A DNA stretch of 64,000 nucleotides, from the NCBI GenBank assembly GCA_963739885.1, contig CAVUCC010000011.1, positions 1,153,760-1,217,759 of the forward strand. The letters run 5' to 3'. The position numbers and the translations under genes were made by a program. Below are positions 30,274-38,956 of this stretch, in pieces; position 1 is the first letter of the stretch, and the number at the start of each line of letters is the position of its first letter. Under the pieces are notes generated by a model. The model did no database searches and was not told the DNA's origin. It was given only the letters and a program-made list of their open reading frames with translations. Source of the DNA: an uncultured Chloroflexia bacterium (GTDB taxonomy: Bacteria; Chloroflexota; Limnocylindria; Limnocylindrales; CSP1-4).

Positions 30274-30365
30274 GCGGGCAGGCCGGCGCCGAGGCCGAGT
30301 TGGGCGCGCGCCGAGGACCGCGGGCCACGGCTGACGCGTCACCCACCCCGGGCGACCGGGGCCGC

Positions 30366-31318
30366 TCAGGCCGGGTGAGTGAAGGCCGCCGCGATGTCCG
30401 CGATCTGGTCCGGGGTCACGCGGCAGCAGCCGCCGATCACGGCGGCGCCGTCCGCCCGCCAGCGCAGGGCCGCCGTGGCGTCGACCCGCCCGCCTTCGGT
30501 CCCGGTCCATCGGCGCTCGATGCGTCCCAGCCCTCGCCGCTGTTCGGGTAGACGACCATCGGCAGTGGGGTGACGGTGCGGATCCGGCCGACCAGCTCCT
30601 CGACGTGCTCGGGTGCCGTGCAGTTGATGCCCATGGCGACGACCGCGGACGATGCGGCGGCCGCGGCGGCGGCTTCCTCGATCGGCGACCCGCTCCGGAG
30701 GTGCCCCCCGTCCGCGCACGAGACGCTGATCCAGGCTGCGGCTCCCGGCGTCTCGTCCAGCAGGCCGGCGACGCCGCGACCTCGTCGAGCTCCGGGATGG
30801 TCTCGGCCGCCAGCACGTCGGCGTCGGTCGCTGCCAGCACCTCCAGCCGCTCCCGATGGAAGTCGGCCAGCTGCGCCGACGCTCAGGCCGTACCGGCCGC
30901 GGTACTCGGAGCCATCGGCGAGCATGGCGCCGTAAGGACCGATCGATGCCGCCACGAACAGCGGGCCGGCGCCGATCCGGTCGCGGAGAGCACCTCGGCC
31001 CGATGGCGCACCCGGGCCTCGCCGGCCAGCTCAACGCTGCGGCGCAGCAGCTCGACCGCCCCGTCGTGCGCGATCCCGCGCATGGTGAGCCCCTCGAACG
31101 TGGCCTGGTAGCTGGCCGTGATCGCGATCTGCGCACCGGCGCGGAAGTAGGCGAGGTGCGCCTCGACGATCGCCTCGGGGTCCTCGACCAGCAGCCGCGC
31201 CGACCACAGCCGGTCGGACAGGTCCGCGCCCGTGCGCTTCGAGCTGGGTGGCCAGCCCGCCGTCGAGGATCAGCGTCAGCCCCGTCGCAAGCGCGGCACG
31301 AAATCGATCGGCGTCCAT
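30366..31318 (-). pseudogene. Homocysteine S-methyltransferase (MmuM-like), at least 4 frameshifts
   Basis: Fragments lie in different frames: MDADRFRAALATGLTLILDGGLATQLEAHG; ...ITASYQATFEGLTMRGI; SIGPYGAMLADGSEYRGRYG...MGINCTAPEHV...VVYPNSGEGWD; WRADGAAVIGGCCRVTPDQI. Confidence 0.75.
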
Positions 31319-31460
31319 GCGTCGATCGTGCCACCTGCCGATGGCCTGGTGTCGGTGGCCCGGGTGGACAGAGATCGCCGCAGTGGCGCATGATGAAGCC
31401 ATGAAACGCGCTCCGGACACGCGTCGTCGCGTTGACCGGCGGGCCACCATGGCCTATTCT

Positions 31461-31475
31461 CGATAATCGATGATC
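31461..31475. promoter_or_regulatory. Heptad operator motif CGATAAT-CGATGAT-C, copy 1
   Basis: AT-rich site 15 nt upstream of the probable SDR start (GTG 31490, RBS GGAGGAG). The same motif recurs at 48378, 48443 and 53333. Confidence 0.55.
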
Positions 31476-31489
31476 AACGGAGGAGCGAC

Positions 31490-32279
31490 GGTGCCGCTAC
31501 TCGACAGGTTCAGGCTCGACGACCGGGTCGCCCTCATCTCCGGCGGCGGCGGCGCGATCGGATCGGCGATCGGCGCGGCACTGGCGAGCGCCGGCGCGAA
31601 GGTCGTGGTCGTGGATCGCTCCGAGGAGCGGGCGCAGGCGTCCGCCGACCGGGTGTGTGCGGCCGGGGGCACCTGCATGGGCGTCTACGCCGACGTGACC
31701 GACGAGGCAGATGCCGAGCGGATCGTCAGGCAGGCGGTCGAGGAGTATGGCCGGCTCGACATCATCGTCAACGCCGTCGGCGGCGGGGCCGGCAAGGTCG
31801 CTGTTCGACGCCGAGAAGTACCCGCGCGACGCCTGGGACTGGATCTACGAGCTCAACGTCCGCAGCACGCTCGTCGCCACGCAGTGCGCGGTTCGCGCGA
31901 TGATCGAGGCCGGCAACGGCGGACGGGTGCTCAACATCTCCTCGGTCCGGGCCTGCCCTCGGGATCAACGCCGGTTACTCAGCGTACGTTGCGGCCAAGG
32001 GGGCGATCAGCTCGCTCACCCGGCAGTGGGCAACCGAGTGGGCCAAGCACGACATCACCGTCAACGCGATCTCGCCCACCTTCGTCGACACCCCGCAGGT
32101 GGCGATGCTGCTGGACGACCCAAAGTTCAAGGCGGGTATCGTCAGCCGGATCCCGATCGGGCGCGTCGGGAACCACTGACGACCTCGTCGGGGCGGCCCT
32201 GTTCCTTTGCTCGGACGCCTCGTCGTTCGTCACCGGTCAGATCCTGGGGATCGACGGCGGGCTCACCGCAACCCAATAG
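31490..32279 (+). pseudogene. Short-chain dehydrogenase/reductase, three frameshifts (frames 0>1>2>0)
   Basis: Fragments: ALISGGGGAIGSAIG (frame 0); LFDAEKYPRDAWDWIYELNVRS...RVLNISSVRA (frame 1); GINAGYSAYVAAKGAISSLTRQWA...IPIGRVG (frame 2, YxxxK); TTDDLVGAALFLCSDASSFVTGQILGIDGG (frame 0). Confidence 0.75.
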
Positions 32280-32333
32280 TCCTCGCGCCGGGAGGCTCGC
32301 CACGTGCGGCCTCGGCCCTGGGAGGAAGCAGCG

Positions 32334-33251
32334 ATGCAAACGGCCACGGCGCTCGACATCGAGCAAGTCTCCGGCAACGCGTTCACGACCACGAAGCTGC
32401 GCGGCTGCAACCCCAGCTTCGTGACGACCTCGGACGGCGTGGTCGTCATCGACACCCCGCAGCTCCCGACCAAGGCGGTCGCGATGCGCGAGCTGGCCGA
32501 GTCCCATGGCCCGGTGCGGTACCTGATCAACACCGAGCACCACGTCGACCACATCTTCGGCAACTACTTCTTCAAGGGCGCGGGCACGGTGGTCAACCAT
32601 CGCGCCCTCTGGGAGCGATTCATGGTCGTGTTCCCGGACCTGGACCCGTTCGCCTACGCGTACGAGTCGATCCCGGGCGACAACCCCAAGGGGACCGACC
32701 TCGACGACGCCGGTGCCGTCGCCCTGTGGCCCGATCGCGACGAGTACTACCGGGACCCGAACAAGGGCACGATCGTGTTCACCGGTGACCTCACGCTCCA
32801 CGTCGGGGACCACACGTTCAACCTGCTGCACACGCCCGGCCATACCCCGGGCCAGCTCGCGGTCCACGTCCCCGAGGAAGGGGTCGTGTTCACTGGCGAC
32901 ACCATCTTCTCCGGCTGCCAGACGTGGCTGATGGCGTCCGACGTCGCCCAGTGGCTCGACGCCCTGGAACGGATCCGGACGCTCGACGTGGAGACGATCG
33001 TGCCGGGCCACGGACCGGTGGTGAACAAGTCCTACCTCGACGTCCAGCGCTCGGTGCTGATGGAGTGGAAGACGGCCGTCGCCACGGCGATCGCCAGGGG
33101 CTGGACCCGCGAGGAGACGATGGAGCGCGTCCATTTCCGGGATCGCTTCGGGCCGGTGGACGTCGGGCAGGGCTACATGATGGACCACATCCAGACCCTG
33201 AACGCCGCCTCGCTGTACGACAAGCTGACGGGCGCCATCCCCGGAGCCTGA
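32334..33251 (+). CDS. MBL-fold metallo-hydrolase
   Basis: ATG at 32334 after GGGAGGAAG. VVIDTPQ...NTEHHVDHIFG...LLHTPGHTPG...GD pattern of the metallo-beta-lactamase fold. The frame is intact. Confidence 0.7.
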   Translation: MQTATALDIEQVSGNAFTTTKLRGCNPSFVTTSDGVVVIDTPQLPTKAVAMRELAESHGPVRYLINTEHHVDHIFGNYFFKGAGTVVNHRALWERFMVVFPDLDPFAYAYESIPGDNPKGTDLDDAGAVALWPDRDEYYRDPNKGTIVFTGDLTLHVGDHTFNLLHTPGHTPGQLAVHVPEEGVVFTGDTIFSGCQTWLMASDVAQWLDALERIRTLDVETIVPGHGPVVNKSYLDVQRSVLMEWKTAVATAIARGWTREETMERVHFRDRFGPVDVGQGYMMDHIQTLNAASLYDKLTGAIPGA

Positions 33252-33341
33252 CCCCTCGCGGACATGACCTCGGCATTGATGCGTGATCCGGCGGGCGCGA
33301 CGCACGGACCACGCTTCGTCCCTCGCGCCCGATAGCAGGAG

Positions 33342-34292
33342 CTGGAGCCCATGCCCCAGACGATGCAGGCGCTCGTCGTCGTCGAGCCCAACCGGCTCGA
33401 GATCCGGGAGGTGCCGGTGCCGGTGCCCGGTCCCAACGAGGTGCTGGCACGCGTCCGCGCGGTGTCGATCTGCGGCACCGACGCCCACCTCATCCGGGGC
33501 GACTACCCGGGCTTCTGGCCACCGTCGTTCCCGTTCATCCCGGGCCACGAGTGGGCGGGCGAGCTGGTCGCCCTGGGTCCCGGCGCCGAGCGCTTCGGGT
33601 TTGCGCTGGGCGACCGGGTGGCGGGCACCAGCCACGACGCGTGCGGCGTGTGCCAGAAGTGCGTGGAAGGCCGCTACAACCTGTGCGAGAACTACGGCAA
33701 GCCGGGGCTCCACCGCCAGTACGGCCACAACGTCCAGGGTGCCGATGCGACCTATGTCGTCCACGGCGTCAAGTGCGTGTTCCCGCTGCCCGACGGCCTG
33801 TCCTTCGACGAGGGCGCCCTGATCGACCCGGCCTCGATCGCGCTCCACGTCGCCAACCGGGGAAAGATCGCCCCCGGCGACACCGTGGCTATCACTGGTG
33901 CCGGTGCCATCGGCCTGCTCGCGGGTGACGCCGCCCGCATCCGGGGAGCGGCCCGGGTGATCGTGGTGGGCCGCGGGTCACGGCTTGCGAGGGCCGCCGC
34001 CCTCGGGTTCGAGGTCGTGGACACCGCGGCGGGCGATCCGGTAGGGGCCGTCCGGAGGCTCACCGGCGGCTTCGGCGCCGACGTCGTGCTCGAGTGCGCC
34101 GGGGTGCCGGCGACCATCGAATGGTCGCTCGAGATGCTCCGCCGGGGTGGTCGCTGCGCCGCCGTGGGCATCCCCACGTCGGGGGTCGAGATCGCGATGC
34201 AGCGCCTGGTGCTCGACGAGCTCGAGCTGGCGGGCTCGCGTGCCTCGGCGGGCGAGATGCGCCGCGTCATGCCCCTGGTCGAGCAGGGCCGG
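33342..34292 (+). repeat. Inverted-repeat arm A (mosaic: 624 nt identical, about 96 nt diverged, about 231 nt near-identical)
   Basis: 33342..33965 mirrors 37974..37351 (coordinate sum 71316; alternate-frame ORF translations are identical). 34062..34292 mirrors 37251..37021 with at least one synonymous difference (GCC vs GCA near 34245). Confidence 0.85.
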
Positions 34293-34406
34293 ATGCGGGT
34301 GCGGGAGCTGATCACGCACCATTTCCCACTGGCCGACTACGAGGAGGCGTTGGCCACCTTCAACGCCCGCGCGAGCGGCGCGATCAAGATCGTCGTCCAG
34401 CCCTGA
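33351..34406 (+). CDS. Zn-dependent medium-chain alcohol/polyol dehydrogenase, copy A
   Basis: CGTDAHLIRG, GHEWAGELV, structural-zinc CGVCQKCVEGRYNLC and a GAGAIGLL Rossmann motif. aa 1-205 are identical to copy B. Confidence 0.9.
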   Translation: MPQTMQALVVVEPNRLEIREVPVPVPGPNEVLARVRAVSICGTDAHLIRGDYPGFWPPSFPFIPGHEWAGELVALGPGAERFGFALGDRVAGTSHDACGVCQKCVEGRYNLCENYGKPGLHRQYGHNVQGADATYVVHGVKCVFPLPDGLSFDEGALIDPASIALHVANRGKIAPGDTVAITGAGAIGLLAGDAARIRGAARVIVVGRGSRLARAAALGFEVVDTAAGDPVGAVRRLTGGFGADVVLECAGVPATIEWSLEMLRRGGRCAAVGIPTSGVEIAMQRLVLDELELAGSRASAGEMRRVMPLVEQGRMRVRELITHHFPLADYEEALATFNARASGAIKIVVQP

Positions 34407-34419
34407 CGGCTCAGTCGGG

Positions 34420-34648
34420 CGTGGGCATCCTCGGTGATGTCCGCGGTCCACGGCAGCATCCGCCCAGGGGACCCCTCGAGCTCGCGCTCGAGCCCGGCGA
34501 GGCGATCGGTCCGTCGGGCAACGGCCAGGACGCATCCCCCGCTGCGAGCCAGGCGCCGGACCGCATGCGCGCCGAGACCGCTCGACGCCCAGGTGATGAC
34601 GGCCCGGATGCCTTGGAGCGACTCCGGACCGAGAACCTCAACGCTCAC
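34420..34648 (-). pseudogene. N-terminal remnant of an SDR, truncated at the end of ADH copy A
   Basis: MSVEVLGPESLQGIRAVITWASSGLGAHAVRRLARSGGCVLAVARRTDRLAGLERELE...ADITED follows the TGxxxGxG Rossmann start (G>W). The reading then runs into the antisense of the ADH 3' end. Its start overlaps the PPDK-like stop. Confidence 0.45.
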
Positions 34649-36832
34649 GCGCGGCCCGCCGCCACCTCGTCGGCGCGGCTCCGTCCGGCCAGCCGAATCA
34701 GGTCCTCGTGGAGCTCGAACCAGGCCGCGTGGTAGCTGTCCACGCGAGGCGACGCGACGAACCGGCCGTCGCCGTCCTGTGCCGCCGCGTTTGCCCGGTC
34801 GAGACGCACCCGGTAGCGGGCGAGGCGCGGAAGCCCGTCGACCAGCCCACCGAGCCAGATGTCGGCATCGGCATGCAACGCGGCGAGGTCCGCCAGGACA
34901 CCCGCGTCGTAGGCCGGGTCCGAATGGTCGTTGAACGTCTGCTCGCCATCGGCGTCCCGCATCTGCCAGGCGGTGACCACGGACTTCATCCGCTGGTCCA
35001 GGGCGATGAATCGGTCGAGGGCCTCCGCGGCGCGGTCGGGTCCCCAGGACGCGGCATCCGCAGCGATCAGCCCGGCTGCCACGATCTTGCCGTCCTCGGT
35101 CAGGCGATGGGATCCTGCGGCGAGCTCGGCAGCGCCGTCCGCCACCAGCCGCTCGAGGATGGTGCCGGCGTCATCGAGCGGCTGGCCGGTGGCCTGCGCC
35201 AGGGCGTCGACCGTCGCGTAGCCCTTGATCGCGAGCGCGCGGACGGCAGCCTCGACCGGCGATCCCGTCGGCTCGTCCGCCGCACCCGAGCCGGCCTGGG
35301 TCCCCGTATCGGCGACGGCGACCGGTCCCTCGGGAGTGGCGCCGCTCGACCCGGCAGGACCGCCCGCCGCGATCTCGATGCCCGCCTCGCGAGCCCAGCC
35401 CAGCAGGACCGCCACCTCGGGCGCGACCTCGGCATGTCCCACGACCGAGCCCGCGAACACGTCGCCCGTCGCCCCGTCCACCGTGATCCAGTCACCTGCC
35501 GCGAGCCTGGTGCCCGCGACGTCCACCGCGCCGTCGCTCACGACCACGTCCACGGCACCCACCACCGCGGGGATCCCCCACCCTCGCGCAACGACTGCGG
35601 CATGGCTGGCGAGGCCACCGCTCGAAGTCAGGATCCCGGCGGCCCGGGCCATGCCGTGGACGTCGTCGGGCGACGTCTCCGCGCGCACGAGGATCGCCGC
35701 TTGCCCGGCATCCGCCGCCTCGATGGCGGCCTCGGGCGAGGTGACGATCCGGCCCGCCGCAACGCCCGGTGACACTGGCAGGCCGGTGGTGAGCGGCGTG
35801 GCGCCGGGGTCTCGCCCGGTGGCCTGCATCGGCGGATCGGTCAGGATCGCCGCCACCCGGCGGACGGCCTGCTCCCTGGACAGCGGGAACGCCGGGTCCT
35901 CAGCCATATCGAGGGCGATCCGCAGCGCCGCCTGCGGGCTTCGCTTGCCGACCCGGCACTGGAGCATCCACAGCCGACCGTGCTCGATCGTGAACTCGAT
36001 GTCGCACAGGTCGGCGTGGTGCCGCTCGAGGCGGGCCGCATTGTCGCGAAGCTGCGTGGCCACCTCGGGCAGCCGCTCATCGAGCTTCGACAGCGGTTCC
36101 GTGCGGTGGGTACCGGCAACCACGTCCTCGCCCTGGGCGTTGAACATGACGTCGCCGTAGAGCACGGCTGCGCCGGTCGCGGGGTTGCGTGTGAACAGCA
36201 CGCCGGTGCCGGAGTCGGCGCTCCGATTGCCGAACACCATCACCTGGACCGTGACCGCCGTGCCAAGGTCGTCGGGGATGCCCTCGCGGCGTCGATACGT
36301 GCGGGCGCGTTCGCTGTTCCAGGAGCGGAACACGGCTTCGATCGCCGCGCGCAGCTGCTGCCATGGGTCGAACGGGACAGTGTGGGCGCCAACGATGTCG
36401 CGGTACATGGCCTCGAACCGCTTGCGGCAGTTGGCGGCGAACTCCCGGCTCGCCGGAGCGTTCCGCCAGGCCGCCGGTCGTGACGTCGTTCAGGCCCAGA
36501 TTGAGGATCGTGTCCATCATTCCGGGCATCGAGACGGGCGCGCCCGAACGGACGCTGACCAGCAACGGGTCGGACGGGTCGCCGAACCGATGGCCCACCA
36601 GGAGCTCCATGCGCCGCATGTGCACCACGATCTCCTCGTCCAGCCCGGCGGGCCACCCGTGGGCGAGGTACTCGTTGCATGCCTCGGTCGAGATGGTGAA
36701 CGCGGGCGGGACCGGCAAGCCCAGCTCGGCGGCCATGACCGACAGGTTCGCTGCCTTGCCGCCCAGACGACGCTCGACCTCGGCGAAGGTCAGGCCGTCG
36801 AGGCGGTCGTCGCAGTCGAAGACGTAGGGCAC
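34645..36832 (-). pseudogene. PPDK-like protein with one frameshift near 36445: ATP-grasp nucleotide-binding domain + phosphohistidine swivel domain, no PEP/pyruvate TIM barrel, unknown C-terminal domain
   Basis: GTG at 36832 with GAGGAG upstream. GGKAANLSVMAAELGLPVPPAFT, SVRSGAPVSMPGMMDTILNLGLND. Removing one G near 36445 restores SGEPEFAANCRKRFEAMYRDIV. Swivel GGLASHAAVVARGWGIPAVVG. The last roughly 250 aa are unrelated to the PPDK C-terminus. Confidence 0.75.
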
Positions 36833-36906
36833 GGCAGATGCTCCTCGGTGATTGGCCCCGGGGTGGGCGTGCGGTTCCGGGGGACGGCGACCACAGCGCC
36901 CGCCGC

Positions 36907-37965
36907 TCACGGGCGGATGATGATCTTGATCGCGCCGCTGGTCGGGTCGTTGAGCGCCTCGATCGCGCGCGGGTAGTCGGCGAGGTCGAACGTGTGGGTC
37001 ATGATGTCCCGCACCCTTATCCGGCCCTGCTCGACCAGGGGCATGACGCGGCGCATCTCGCCCGCCGATGCACGCGAGCCCGCCAGCTCGAGCTCGTCGA
37101 GCACCAGGCGCTGCATCGCGATCTCGACCCCCGACGTGGGGATGCCCACGGCGGCGCAGCGACCACCCCGGCGGAGCATCTCGAGCGACCATTCGATGGT
37201 CGCCGGCACCCCGGCGCACTCGAGCACGACGTCGGCGCCGAAGCCGCCGGTCATCTCGCGAACCGTGGCGGCGGGGTCACCAATGTTCGAATCGATGGTC
37301 TCGAACCCGAGGTCGACAGCCTTCGCCACGCGCATCCGGTTGCGCTCGATCACGATCACCCGGGCCGCTCCCCGGATGCGGGCGGCGTCACCCGCGAGCA
37401 GGCCGATGGCACCGGCACCAGTGATAGCCACGGTGTCGCCGGGGGCGATCTTTCCCCGGTTGGCGACGTGGAGCGCGATCGAGGCCGGGTCGATCAGGGC
37501 GCCCTCGTCGAAGGACAGGCCGTCGGGCAGCGGGAACACGCACTTGACGCCGTGGACGACATAGGTCGCATCGGCACCCTGGACGTTGTGGCCGTACTGG
37601 CGGTGGAGCCCCGGCTTGCCGTAGTTCTCGCACAGGTTGTAGCGGCCTTCCACGCACTTCTGGCACACGCCGCACGCGTCGTGGCTGGTGCCCGCCACCC
37701 GGTCGCCCAGCGCAAACCCGAAGCGCTCGGCGCCGGGACCCAGGGCGACCAGCTCGCCCGCCCACTCGTGGCCCGGGATGAACGGGAACGACGGTGGCCA
37801 GAAGCCCGGGTAGTCGCCCCGGATGAGGTGGGCGTCGGTGCCGCAGATCGACACCGCGCGGACGCGTGCCAGCACCTCGTTGGGACCGGGCACCGGCACC
37901 GGCACCTCCCGGATCTCGAGCCGGTTGGGCTCGACGACGACGAGCGCCTGCATCGTCTGGGGCAT
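36907..37965 (-). CDS. Zn-dependent medium-chain alcohol/polyol dehydrogenase, copy B
   Basis: Starts MPQTMQALVVV as in copy A (an alternative upstream ATG at 38028 adds 21 aa). Carries the same motifs. aa 206-238 and the last roughly 37 aa differ from copy A. Confidence 0.9.
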   Translation of the reverse strand: MPQTMQALVVVEPNRLEIREVPVPVPGPNEVLARVRAVSICGTDAHLIRGDYPGFWPPSFPFIPGHEWAGELVALGPGAERFGFALGDRVAGTSHDACGVCQKCVEGRYNLCENYGKPGLHRQYGHNVQGADATYVVHGVKCVFPLPDGLSFDEGALIDPASIALHVANRGKIAPGDTVAITGAGAIGLLAGDAARIRGAARVIVIERNRMRVAKAVDLGFETIDSNIGDPAATVREMTGGFGADVVLECAGVPATIEWSLEMLRRGGRCAAVGIPTSGVEIAMQRLVLDELELAGSRASAGEMRRVMPLVEQGRIRVRDIMTHTFDLADYPRAIEALNDPTSGAIKIIIRP

Positions 37966-37974
37966 GGGCTCCGG
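37021..37974 (-). repeat. Inverted-repeat arm B (partner of 33342..34292)
   Basis: See arm A. One extra codon in the diverged central tract shifts the coordinate sum from 71316 to 71313. Confidence 0.85.
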
Positions 37975-38061
37975 GGCGCGATCGGGCACGCTCGGCACGG
38001 CGAACGGGGTGGTCATGATCTCAGGCACGACGGTGTCCTTCCCGGGACGCAGGATGAACGG

Positions 38062-38946
38062 CTAGACGATCGCAACAGGGTCGACCATCGACGCGGTGGC
38101 GCCGCGAATCTTGATCGGGAGCGCGACGAACAGGAACTCATACACACGCTGGCGGGCGAGCTCCTCGAGATCAAGGCTCTCCATCAGGTAGATGCCGTTC
38201 TCGATCAGGAGCAGCGTGTGGACCGGCTGCGGGTTGCCGGTCGGGCCTGGATCGGGTGCCGGCTGGACCTCGTAGGTCTCGGTGTCAGTCCCGGTCGCGA
38301 CGACGCCCCGGTCGAGCAGCCAATCGCGCGGCCGAGATGTCGGGCCGGCGTCTTGTTGGCAGCCATCCGCTCCGCGTCCGGCCACAGGCTCATGTACCCC
38401 GTCCGGATCACGACCACGTCCCAGGGCCGGACCTGGACGCCCTCGGCGGCGCACATCGCCTCCATCTCCGCGGCGTCGATCGGCGAGCCCTTGGGCAGGT
38501 GTCGATGCCGCGAAGCGGGGCGCGTCGAGCAGAACGCCGCGGGTGAAGATACGGCGGCATCGTCGACGCGTCAAGGCGGGTCGGCCCGAAGTCGGTCAGG
38601 TGGTCATCCGCGCGCGAGTCGCCATACCAGTGCATGTCGTCGCCCACGGTCATGTGGGCCAGCGCATCGATGTGGGCGCCCGAGTGCGAGGTCGCCATCA
38701 GGTACTCGGCCATGTAGCCCAGGCCGGCGTCGTTGACAGGCCCCCAGGGCTGGGCGCCGGTGACCCGGATGCCCGCGCGGCGTCCGGTAGTTGAGCACCT
38801 GGAACGGCGGGTGGCCCGGGAACAGCGGCATGCCCGGAAAACGCGCCGCTGCCAGCGAGATCATGCGGCCCTCCCGCACCAGGCCGGCGGCACGGACGAC
38901 CTGCTCCGGCGGCAGCTTCCCGATAGGTCCGATATTCGGTCACGTG
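38062..38946 (-). pseudogene. Cyclase-family protein (kynurenine formamidase-like fold), at least 4 frameshifts
   Basis: Fragments: GKLPPEQVVRAAGLVREGRMISLAAARFPGMPLFPGHPPF; YLMATSHSGAHIDALAHM (HxGTHxDxPxH-type box); AEGVQVRPWDVVVIRTGY; GVVATGTDTETYE...LLLIENGIYLMESLDLEELA. Confidence 0.65.
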
Positions 38947-38956
38947 AGCCGGCGCG

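Noticed and set aside
33342-37974. The inverted repeats as the ends of a composite transposon or IS element
   Set aside because: The arms are the coding sequence of a dehydrogenase, not IS ends. No transposase, integrase or target-site duplication is visible.
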